A stretch of 64,000 bases of DNA from Phoronis australis (taxonomy: Eukaryota; Animalia; Phoronida): the NCBI GenBank assembly GCA_002633005.1, contig NMRA01000391.1, positions 236,159 through 300,158 of the forward strand, read 5' to 3'. Below are positions 1-12,100 of the stretch, one piece after another; positions within the stretch are counted from its first letter, which is position 1, and the number at the start of each line of letters is the position of its first letter. The notes under the pieces are model-generated. The model ran no database searches and was not told where the DNA came from. It saw only the letters and a list, made by a program, of their open reading frames with translations. Made by a program: the position numbers and the translations under genes.

Positions 1-326
1 TTAATAGAATTTGGAGGGTTGGCAAAACCATTGTCACATTTCTCTGGCCTGATTTTTTCGAATATATGTTTTATCTAGTGCACTGCAGACGGAAACTCAG
101 CGCGGCAGACAAAGTCGCTGAAAGCGGAGGTTTTGACGCCGGCGGCGTTCTTAAACTTTGCAAACAAGGGAAGAAAATAAAGTGACAAAAAGGTTTAAGT
201 ATTATATTTTGAAGTGAGTTCATGACCCAAGACAATAACTCGTTACCTGTATTGTAATTCAGATTGCTAAACCACCGTCTCGGAGTCCCGGCGTCGTTGC
301 ACTCATTGTGATCATCAATCTTTTTC

Positions 327-551
327 TAAAAGTCGGGGAATCGCGCGTTTCCTTAGCACTAGGCGCTAAATCTTCATTCTTTAAAAGTCAGGGATGGGTG
401 CTTAACTGAGCAGTGGGCGCTTAACTAGAAATCTTGAAAAATTGCAGGGGGGCGCTTAACTGAGCAGTGGGCGGTTAAATCGAAAATCCACTTTAAAAGT
501 CGGGGATGGGCGGTTAACTGAGCATGGGCGTTAACCCGAACGATTACGGTA
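327..551. repeat. Subterminal ~55-bp tandem repeats ending in ...CGATTACGGTA, probably the right end of a DNA transposon/MITE entering from the left
   Basis: Four copies of an AAAAGTCGGGGATGGGCG(C/G)TTAACTGAGCAGTGGGCG-like unit; ends in ACGG-TA. Confidence 0.55.
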
Positions 552-2058
552 AATTCACACACTAAATTTAATAAAGATCCTGTAGTGGGTTTTGGAGATA
601 CAGCTATGGGTGAAAAACAAAACAAAACTACCACTAGAAGGCGCCACAGTAGTCAGTCGTCATCATCAAAGCTCCTCTTCACACTGAAAACATATACGCC
701 AATTTTCAAAACCATCCCTAGAATGATTTGGTTGATCAAGGGGTGGACGCCAAAAACAAGATTTGCAAACAGCAAAAATGGCCACTAGGTGGTGCAAAAT
801 ATCTCGCTTCCATCCAAAAACAGGATAACGGTGTCACCTCACCAATAGATGCCTATATTCAAAATTTTATAAAAATTTGTTGAGGACCTTTGAAGATACA
901 GACTGGTAAACATAAAAAACTAAAATTGCCACTACAGGGCATACCAGAAGTCAGATCGTCCGAAAATCATTGTCGTCCGTTGTCTACATCATATAAATAC
1001 ACTTGCTAAATAAAGTTAAGATCCTGCAAGCAGTTTAGGAGATACAGTCATGAGCGCAAAAAACAAAACTACCACTAGGAAGCGCCACAGTAGTCAAGCT
1101 CATCGGAAAATCATCGTCAGCCATCCACTTCACAGTAAAAACACAAATGCCAATTTTTACAATTATCCTGAAAGCGGTTTGGTTGATAAACGAGTGGACG
1201 CCAAAAAAAAACCAGACTCAAAAACAGTAAAAATGGCCACTAGGTGGCGCAAACTAGGTCAAATCCATCTGAAAATGGAGAGATAGCGTCACCTCATTAA
1301 CAGATGCCAGTATGCCAAATTTTATGAAAATACATTGAGGACCTTTAAACATACAGAGTAAACGTAAAAAAATAAAATTGTCACTAGGGGGCAAACCAGT
1401 AGTCAGATCTGTCTGAAAGTCGTCATCTTCCGTTAACATCATATAAATTTATTTACACTTAATAAATTTAGTAAAGATCCTCCGAACGGTTTAGGAGATA
1501 TAGCCATAGGCACAAAAAAATGCCACTAGGAGGCGCCACAGTAGTCGAAGTTGTCGGAAAATCATCGTCAACCGTCGTTTTCATAGTAAGACCATAAAAG
1601 CCAATTTTCACAATCGTACTTAGAGCGGTTTGGTTTATAGAGAGGTGGACGCTAAAAAGCAGACTTGAAAACAGTAAAAATGGCCACTAGGTGGCACAAA
1701 CTACGCCGAATCCATCGGAAAACGCAAGGTTATAATCGCCTCACTAATAGATGCCTATATAACAAAATTTTGTGAAAATATGTTGCGGATCTTTGAAGAT
1801 AAAGAGGTAAACGCAAAAAACTAAAATTGCCACTAGGGGGCACACCAGCAGTCGGATCCGTCCGAAAGTTCACTCATGCCGTTCCATCCATGAAAGCAAC
1901 ACATGTGCAAAATTTCATGAACATATGTCAATTGGTTTTGGAGATAGAGCAGCGGACGCCGGACGGACGCCGGACGGACGCAGCCCGGACGGACAGACGG
2001 ACAGACGGAGATGACGGCATAATGCGTCCACATATAAATATGTGGGCGCATAATAAAA
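552..2058 (+). mobile_element. HINE/Helentron-like element carrying a tandem array (~150-bp monomers in a 3-mer higher order), GGAC microsatellite and 3' hairpin
   Basis: Nine monomers marked by a CCACTAGRNGGC-like core at 631, 782, 929, 1072, 1237, 1381, 1523, 1684, 1830; GGAC/AGAC repeats at 1953-2009; hairpin ATGCGTCCACATAT-AA-ATATGTGGGCGCAT at 2022-2051, then an A-rich tail. Confidence 0.65.
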
Positions 2059-2399
2059 TTGGGTCTCATCTTTTTCCTTATTCAACCCCTTTTCCCATGA
2101 AGTTAAATTTGGTACTTAAGCAAAGTGTCAACAAAAGCTGCAGAGTTGAGCTTTCCCATAGCCTTTCGTAATTAACTGGTATTGAAGTAATCAACAGGTG
2201 GCGTAACTTGATATGACCTTCACCACTATCATAGCTGCAAAGTGACCCTTGCCAACAACTTAATGGACAACGAAGTTGAGCATCCCAACTATAGTGATGT
2301 GTCGACATTTCATTGTTAAATCCACCCGTTTACTATTAATATTAACTTCAACTGCTAACTTCGATCAAAGGCCGAATTTAAGTATTTCCTCCAGCGAAA

Positions 2400-2759
2400 A
2401 CATTAAAAATGGCTATTAGGTGGCGCAAACTACGTCGAATCCATCCGAAAACGGAAGGATAGCGTCATCTCACTAATAGGTGCCTACATACCAAATTTCA
2501 TGAAAATCCATTCAGGACTTTTAAAGCGTAAAAAAATAAAATTGCCACTAGGGAGCACACCGGTTGTTGGATCCATCCGAAACTTCGCTCATACCGTCCC
2601 ATTCATGAATTGAACATATATGCCAAGTTTCATGAACGTATTTCAAAGGGTTTTGGAGATAGAGCAGCGGATGCTGGACACCGGATGGACGCCGCCCGGA
2701 CGGACGGACGGAGATGACAGCTTAATGCGTCCACATATAAATATGTGGGCGCATAAAAA
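2400..2759 (+). mobile_element. Second, shorter copy of the HINE-like element 3' end
   Basis: Two monomers, GGAC microsatellite and the identical hairpin at 2725-2754. More diverged relatives at ~21340-22130, ~27030-27680 and ~34960-35033. Confidence 0.65.
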
Positions 2760-2980
2760 TACTTGTTACAAAACTTTTATTCGACAATTTGCAATAACAA
2801 CGTACCATCAAAAAGCTGACGAAATCTCGTCCATAGCCTGATCTTCCAAAGAAAATTGTGAATGAAAACAAAGGTCAGCAATCAACAAGAAATGACCTCT
2901 ATAAATGCTCCTCCAAAATTTCATCAGAGTCTTGGGCAAAAATCTTCGTCGGCTTGAACATTCGTGTATATTAACTTTAC

Positions 2981-3149
2981 CTTGACTTGAATTTTTGTCC
3001 AGTTAGGTTGTCTCCATCCAGATATCTTCCTTAGGCAAGGAATCACATAGAGGTTACATGTCACAGTGGCTGACACAGGGTTCCCAGGGAGACCAAAGAA
3101 CAGTTTGGCGCGGCCATCATAGTTCAGTGAAGCAAAAGTGGTGGGCTTG
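2981..3149 (-). CDS. GPHN: gephyrin exon 17 ([56 protein letters not shown])
   Basis: TTTCAG acceptor, GTAAAG donor; GLPGNPVS motif; gene continues left of the window. Confidence 0.97.
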
Positions 3150-6100
3150 CTGAAACAAGACGTTGTTTTCAAGTATATTTTTGATTGGATTATCAGATAA
3201 CACACATGCTATTTTAGTTGATCAAAGTTTATCAATTAAGATTTTAAATTGATATCAACCATTTCTATCATAAATTCAGTGAAAGGTACCACATGATTGA
3301 TGGCTGATACTTTTCATGCAAACTGTTTTAATACAAATTCTTATCACTGATCAATGTTACGATAATAGGATGCTTTGTTACCAAGAATTGAACTCCTTAA
3401 CTCTCAAAGACCTATATAACTATATATTTTTTTAATCCTTGACCACAGAATCCTATTATGTGCACAAACTCAATGCCCAGATGTTTATGGTGGTATTTTT
3501 ATAACATGATTTTCACGTTCAAATCGTAACTTCCATTTCTTTAAGTAATGTTGACATCCCCAGGCCTTTTAGTCTGAGTTTAGCTTGTAATCAAAATCAA
3601 GACTTTCAGTTTTTTAAAGGAATGACCTCTTCATTTCTGACAGTGGTGTTGTTGGTTAAAAGGACTATAAAAATCCCAGATACGTTTTTGAAACTTACAT
3701 TATAAAGTAATAGAATTTGAAAGTTTTGTGCAAAATAGTCCTAGGCAAGAACGTACTTGTAGATAATTCATCAGTCTCCAAAAAAGCACAGTTTTTAGAA
3801 AAAATCCTGTAATTATGAACACCTGGGTATTGCTCATAAGATTCTGTGAACATCAATGGTTTTAAAAATAGTTTTATGTGCCTACCATAAATAGTTATGA
3901 TCTTTTGTAGCAAAGGTATCCTACTGTCTTAAAAAGGTTTCCATGAATAATATGAGTAATGATCATTTATCAACCCCAGTTATACAATTAATGACTTTCA
4001 CTGAGGTCAATAAGTAGGTCTTCTGGCCTCAACTACATTAGATAATGACTGATTTGGGAGCCCAAGTCATTAGGGTTGGTGGGCTCCCAAAGTATGTTCC
4101 ATGACTTTTAAGTTGCCTTATCAAATTACACCCTATCACCTGCAGACAGTGCATTTACTAAACCCTTTGTGTTTCCAATGCAATAAACATAATCTGGTGG
4201 AAATAATAACAGGCCCACCACTTTCTAAAGGTCCATTCCCATACAGTTAACTCAGCTACTATCCAAGCTTCCATGTTAACTGTGTTTAACTGCAAAGTTA
4301 AGCATTACGCTTCCATCAGCACGGAAGTTAACCAGAAAACTTGTTCAGTGAAGTGATTGTCTTGGTGTTTTTGTCCCAATTAAAATGGTAAGGACCTATC
4401 CTTCTCCCCAATAAGAATGTCATCTTCACAAGGCAGCCAACAGTTGCCGTGATGGGAGCATAACAATGTACTAGAAGATTGACTCTTGAGTTAAGGCTAA
4501 CAGATGATCCGAACAAAGAGCAGTATGGTGGGAACTTGATTTGCGAACATCATACGTCCAATGATTTTTTAATATAAATAGTCCAGCAAATACATGGATG
4601 AATTGAAAAAGAATGCCAAACAAATAAATATTAGACCAAAATATTAACGAACATTAATCAATCACTGCCAGCTGCTGGCAAATGCAAGAAGTGACTCCTG
4701 CCGTTAACACCGATGTCATCGAGGTAAAGTGTTCCCATTGTAACGAAGCATCAATGCTTTGCTATTAAATCCACCTCTTTTACTGCGGAGTAAACTCGCG
4801 CTGGTAACATCGATTCAATATCGAAGTTAAGTTTTCCCATTGAAGAAGCTACAGACTTACTGAAGCTTCAAAGCCTGAGTGGGAAAGCCCTGGCATGTCT
4901 TAATGAATAGGCTTGACTTGCTGTTCGGCAGGAGCATCAACTTTGCTGTTACCACAATTGATGTCCTAAGAGACAGCATGGGGAAAAACCACATTGCAAA
5001 GCCTATGTTTTGATATAGCAAGGTTTGTAAATGCTAATTTCATGTCATGGCAATTTACTATTTCCTTGAACAACTAAATAAAGTACTTCTAATTCATAAT
5101 ATAAACTTCCCACATTTTAAGTTGCACATTTTCTATAAAAAATGAAGTTTATATGAAATTGAATTATTAAACTGAAAAATGCATTTCAAGAACCCGCAAT
5201 AGATGTAGATTATACATCTACCGTGGGTACCACAGCAAAAATCCTACGCATAACGTTAACTCATCAAATGCAACATGGCAAAATTTCCAGATCGTCAAAC
5301 AAAAACTGAGGTCGCCACAATACTGAAGCACCATATGCAGAAAATCCTGGACCATATAAACAACGTGTAACTGGCAACAGTCGATAAAATGAGTTGAAGA
5401 ACCGGCGAACTGAATGACCGGAAAATTGGGAGTATGTCTTGTACTCAATAACTGTCAAACTCCCCGTCCGATGTGATGGGGCCTGGCAACTTCGTGAAGA
5501 TTATGTCACCAAACAAAATCTAGGGTTGCACTGACCTGCAGGATGCCAAATTGAGCCCTGCTTGGTTAATAAACAAAAAAGCACCATTCAAATGGTTTTG
5601 CCCAAGTTGCTATTGGTTGCTTTCTTAAATCTGATCATAAAAAGGCAGATAATAAAAATGTGCTGCATGCATAACATAGGTCAGAGTTTGCATAGTTTAC
5701 AATAACCACATTGCAAAGATTCAATGAATGACAAGAGTAGTTTAGAATTACCAAAATTTGTGTATTGTGTTCTGTTTATTTTGAAAAAATTATCATGGTG
5801 AGAAGGCATTATTTGAGAAAAGGCTTCAATAAAACTGATGAGAATGAAGTTGAAGGAATATCTCTAACATTTTTGCAAGCAGTGTAACCATAGTTACAAT
5901 GTTTTTGGACTAAGCTATGAACAACAGCATTTAAGGTTAACATGGCTTAAAGTACTAGGCAATTAGTCACAACAGGTGCACCATAGAACTAACTCTATAT
6001 CTGACATTTCTGTTGCTTTCAGCAACAATTCCAATCACTTCAGCACACACGGTACGAAGTTTATATCAGCATATGCACAACGTAATAACTTTTAGTTTTT

Positions 6101-9100
6101 TTCTACTACTTCTGCAGAAAATACGCAGGTATAATCAATGCTATTTAATGGAACTGCATCAGCCTTTAAGATCACCAAAACAGCTCTAATGGTGTACGTT
6201 TCACCCAGGCACAATTTGTCATCATTACTAATTTTAACACAGAAAATATAATTGAAAGCACATTTATTTTTAATCACTGCTACTTAGACATATTTTGCTC
6301 CTGTCTAAACAACAGATTTAATATGTGTCTGTTAAAATAATAAAATAATTGCAGGTGGTCTGGCATAGTTGTACCAGATGTGCGCAGCAGCACACGTGGG
6401 TCCATTGCACTGATCACCTAGAACCATTTTTGTGCTTTATTACTATATAGTTAAAACGAACTGAGTAACAACAAATCTGGCTCAAGGGTCTAAGCACTGT
6501 GACCCAGTGGGACTCGAAGCCACAACCTCAAGTAAAGAAAGCGGGCACCTATCACACTAGGCCACATTGCCTCCTCAGTGTCTGCTAAAATGTTTGAGAC
6601 AATATCTTTGACCAAGTACATGCTGTTCACTTCACGCACTCTAAATTTTGTCATTTTGCATCAAATTCATTGGCAAATTACAACAAAATGTGCAACTTTA
6701 AACATCGGAACTTTTTACTTTTGACATTAGGCAAATCTTACACTAACAGGATTCGCACGCACGTGGACGAGAAACTGAGCACTGTTTACCTCAGAATATA
6801 CAGCACAGTCCTCGGCACATCAAAGGCTTGATGGTGCCATCACAGATTGAAGTGAGCTTGAAGGCCCTTTCACACTATTAATGTTGACACGTCAATGTTT
6901 TAGAGAGTTGCAATCAATATGAACGTTTAACTTCAGTCCTGGATCGAAGTTAATAACGCCAGTTAACTTCGAAGTAAACAGGTGGATTTAGCAGCGGAGT
7001 GTCGACCCTGCGGGATAGTATGAACAGTCAACTTTGGCCCCATCGTAGTTATCGCCAAGGGCCACTGTCATCGTCAACAACTAAAGGGCAGTGTCCTAGT
7101 TAATAGTTGCTTATATTTTGCTCAAATAATGACCCAATCGAATTAGAAATAAGTTTTATGTCAATTAGCACATATAAATTTCTCAATGGTCATATTTAAA
7201 AAAATCTTAGTGTGCACGCAATGCATCAGCGGTACCTTGTGATTACTTCAATGACAACAGCGCCACCTACCATTTACTCCGATGTCTGTTTACTACCAAA
7301 ACTGGTATGAATGGTTCAGTTAACTTTGCAGTTTACGCTGACACTCCACTCAGACTGGAGTTAAGTCAGTATGAAAGGGCCTTAAAGTTTTTATTCATTG
7401 GTTTAGCTGAACGTGTTTGATGAGACAAATGCTACTGTAAACCAAAATGCCTGTTAAGCGTACGACTTTCAAAATCAAAAAATGAACAATAAGTAATTTA
7501 GCAAATGACCAACATGATTGTTTTTAAAATTGATAGTGGCCGTCCTTGAATTTTTAAAACTGATCCATTATAAGAGATACTAGCAAATAGATTTTATTCA
7601 GCATCGCGGCTAAGCCATGAACATTAATTTGTGAATTGATCAGGACGAGTTCAGTCAGTCTGGCTTAGTCTCGTTTAGGCTTGGGGGTAACAAAACCCCA
7701 AATGTTAGCGTAGGCGTTGCCTGATGAAAACTAAAACAATGAATGAGGAGGAAAACGTCAAAACAAAATTATGAGTGAAAGTACTCACTAAACCTTTCAG
7801 ATGCTTGAAACGGACAAAAAAGAACTTGGTCATATTTTGGGAAAGATAGGGTGTTTTGTGGTCATAAGTCATTGTTTATAATGGAAAATAATCGACAAAT
7901 GTCATTTGGTTACATCAATGTGATTGCAAGCTGCATTTCAGCACGCTCAGCATAGCTGAGCACACTCAGCATGCATGTGCTTATTGTCCTGTCCACACAG
8001 AAACTAACCCTAGGACAACTTGCACTAGTGAAACTTGTCCCACTGAACGCGGATTGGCCATACGCACGCACGCATACACACATATCCAATAATTAGACTA
8101 AAGCGGAAGGCTACACTCTGTGCATGACAATAGCTGATGCAAATACAGCAGGGTAACAAGACCCGTTTGTTTGTAGCTACAACAGATAATTACTTCGACC
8201 TTGCCCCAGGTTTACGGACACACAGCAATTAAAAGTGGTGGAACTTACGCCGCAATAAGTTACCCTTCTTCGACAAGGTAGAGCAAGTTACACTAGTGTG
8301 AGTAGAGTCCAGACAGTTCCCAAACTTAGCGACAACTTAAGTTTCAGGAGTAACTTGTTCTAGGGTATTAACTCAGTGTGTGGATTGGCACTTAAGTCTG
8401 GGCAAATGATGTGTATTGAAAGTCAAAGTGAATTGTACCCAATAGTACTGTAGATCCTGGGATCTGATCATGACGAGATTTGCATTATTGTACAAAAAAG
8501 TTTTAAAAAGGAATTAAATGACATTACCATATATAGCAGTGGTCCATATGAATATATCAGTGGTCAATGTGGAAAATTAGGTACTCCAAAATATATACTG
8601 CTTGTGAGTTTATAGCTTGAAGTAATCTGTCCAAATCATACAATAAGAATTCTATCAACCAAAATGGACGGCTGTGGCTTACCACCTTTTCCTAGCAAGT
8701 GTCAATGAACAATTCCTTCTATTTCCAATTTATCGTTGGCTGTGGCTAACTGAAGCCTTCCCAAACTATGACTGTCATTACAGACTAACACTTAAAACAA
8801 TTGTCAAACAAATTAACAAGAAAAATGATACTTCTGGGAGCAATTGGTTGTTCAACGATATAAATATTTTATTCAATGAACAAAATAATTGAAGACAAAA
8901 GCAATTTATGATTGCCCGAGAGTTTCAATAGTATTAAATATCAAAATGTCAGCCAAACAGAAATACACAAATTTTACATTGTACACCAAAGTCTGAACAA
9001 GTACAAACCCATTTTGCTATGCCATTACATTTTATGTTTTCTATGGAAAGCCAAAGCGGAAAATTCCAGGACACAAATTTTCTATTCAAGAATTAAACTC

Positions 9101-12100
9101 TCTAAAGTGCAGAACCAAAAAATATACTCAAAACCAAAATTTAATATTGCGCCAGAACCAAAATTTTTAAAACTTCAGGACCAAAAATTTTTCACGCCAG
9201 CACACAAAATGTATCGCACCAGGACATAGAATTTCTTGCCAGGAGAAAATTTCTTGCCGGGAGAAAATTTCCTGCCAAGAGAAAATTTCTTGCCACGAGA
9301 ATATTTCTTGCCAAGAGAAAATTTCATGCCAGGGCAATGACGATCCATTGTGTCTGTAATACTCAGTCGCATTCAAGTACATTGTGTCCAATTGTACATT
9401 CTTGACTTCTGTTGTAAAACATGGAAGAAAACAAAAAATTAATCTCATTGTCACTGACTGTTGTCAGTGAGACACTGTGTACCTATTACATCATCTCTTT
9501 GAGTGGTCAAGTGCTTGCGGATGGACATGTCATCTCCCGACATGAAATTTTCCTGACGTGTGAAGTTTTCCAGACGTGCGAAATTCTCCTAACGTAATTA
9601 ATTCTGCATCCTGGCATGAAAAACTTTCCGGCAGTCCTGATGTGATAAATTAAAGATGCTAGTGTGATAAATGTTGGTTTTGAGAATATTTTTGTTTCTG
9701 CAGAGAATTTAATTCATGAACAGAAAATTAGCATCCTAGAATTTCTTTTGCTTTGTCTTTCCATATTTTTCAAGTACCCCATTACAATTAGGCTTGTGGT
9801 TACTGGGGCTGGTGAAGCTAGCAGGATGTAAGAATAATACATATCTCACAAAATAATGTAAAATGCTAGAGTGGCAAGATGCTGTTAGGGAGGCTCTCCC
9901 AATAGCAGTTGGTAGTGAAATCCTGTCACGTCTGAGAGTATCAGTAGTCGTTCTACATTTTCAAACACTGCAGTCCATTGACCCACATTCCAAATTTTTC
10001 TATCTATGTCAAATTCTTGGGAGCCATGAAAACAGTCCGGAAATAATTACACTACCACAGAATGAGACAAACCTGACAAAAAGTACGAGAAGTCAGACAC
10101 GAAATGAAACCTGTTGGTTTTCAATTCCTTAATTATGTTTTACATCACTTAATAAAAATTTGAATCCAAGATGACATATTCTTTAGCTCAATATCAGATT
10201 GATTTAGCTTTTAAACAGAAGTTTTATAGTCACACAATGCATTCTTGGGATTTAAATGCTGAATGGGATACGACGTTTTGCAGTTACTATGTATTAGATT
10301 TGATTTTATATCTAGAAAACAATAAAATCCATAAGTTTTTGTGAATTTATTTCAAATACCTGATGACACACTGTTGTCTGCCAGACATGTGGTGACATAA
10401 AGGCACTTTACCACAGTACACTTATAGGACTTCGCCATTTATCAAGTGAGGTTTGCTCCAAGATAGCTGTTGACTGACACTCAAGGGTTCCAGGTTTGAT
10501 TCCACGGCGAGGCTGATCACAGATAATCACGTTTTCTTGTCAATAATGTTCCTTTAAGTCATATGATGCAAAAATGCAGTCTCAGGCAAACACTAAAAGG
10601 TATTTTTCCTTCTCAGGTATTGTCAGCTACTACATGAGAGATGACAAAGTAGTATTGTCTCCATGGGATACTGGGGTTCTCGTTACGTGATATTACCTCA
10701 GGTACCTATGTCACCCATTGACCAGGTATTACGTTGGTCTAGATTTGGAATGCAAGGCAGTATCCACTAGTTGAAGGCCATGTTCCCAGGAATACAAGTG
10801 GAGGACAGGTGATACACAGTTCAATTCACATATTTATCATGAATGGTTAAAATTAAGACAGCACACAACATACCCAAGAAACAGACTTCAAAGTATTTTA
10901 ATTAGATGATCTGGTGGCTCCCTGGAATCATGCACAACAAAAATGCATGTCCAGAAATGCTGTATAGGGACTCACAAGGTTATGCAAGCACAACAGGCAA
11001 GCAAGGGTGAGATACCTAATTGGATTAGCATTCCTAAATTCACTCAATGTAATTTAGCATTCATTAAAATCCTATCAAATTGTTACTAAGTGCAAAGCAG
11101 AAGGCCTAGGATGAAGAATTCTGTTTCACTGTAGAGTTATTCAACAACAAAACCAAGTCATTTACTACCTGAAATGCATAGTCCACACCACAAACTCCTT
11201 CTCACCAGCTGCATGACATCTGACCTTTGTTGTGCCCATTTCGGCACTGCCTTTGTTCCAGGTAGTGCACCGGGTCATTATATGGAATCGAAGAGTTCTA
11301 TTTTTTTCACCGCCAAAATAAACGATGTCATTAAAAACTAAACTCTTCCTTGAGCAAACTAAATTATTTAGTGATGTTAGAAAAACTGGTGTTCTACCGT
11401 TATTTTGCTGCTAAAATTGTGGTACACTCCTTTGGGTCGGCTTTCGACGCCAGGAAATATTGCGCCACCTATTGGCCAATTTCTCCGATTCTTCTATAAC
11501 GATTCGTCCCAGTTCCACGAGGTTGCGTACATGTCATAACAACAGGAACTGGTTCCATTTCATTACAAGTTTTTAGTACTTTAATACCAGCAAACCCAAT
11601 TTCAGAACAAATTTTGCTGCTGCGAAGCTGTCATCATCTTCTGGAAGATGTCGCCAAATTTTAGGGAATGGCGTATGTCAGCGTGTCACGAGCGTACTGT
11701 TTTTAAAACGATGCCAGACTTCTCTGTTACAAAAGGTGGAGAATTACACAAGTATGGCGTTAAACGGCTGTAAGTTTCACGACGAGGTGACGAGCTGAGT
11801 TACCAGAGTTGTGTGAAAGTTCGATGTGTAACGGAGTTCAACACACAGGTACCTGACTATAGTTGACGATGGTCTTTGTACAGCTAGCTGGTTTTCTACT
11901 TTAGTATGTACATTAATTTTATGAACTTAAAGCGATTTCACTAAATACACTTTGTGTACAATACAGTATTTTAAATGGTTCCTTGGTTTTCACTTTGAAG
12001 AGTAGCTGATTACCAAAAATTATTTATGGTAGGGTCAAATGTTCTGGTAAGAAATTTGTGCTGCCTGGAGAAACAATCTCGCAACCGCGCACCCTGCTTA

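Noticed and set aside
552-1900. Regularly spaced conserved cores as a CRISPR-like array
   Set aside because: The sequence between cores is itself homologous (true tandem higher-order repeat), not unique spacers.
1-2980. Final gephyrin exons (expected LDPRPEYHR… and …SSRL.S…AN.LL motifs)
   Set aside because: Not found; this stretch is all repeat sequence, so they probably lie left of the window.
6480-6574. Functional tRNA gene
   Set aside because: A and B boxes are present but the stems do not form a cloverleaf, and it continues into a SINE-like body and tail.
9167-9454. ORF with (QEIFSW)n repeats; CRISPR-like periodicity
   Set aside because: An 18-bp minisatellite inside a MITE, with no unique spacers, no cas genes and a eukaryotic context.
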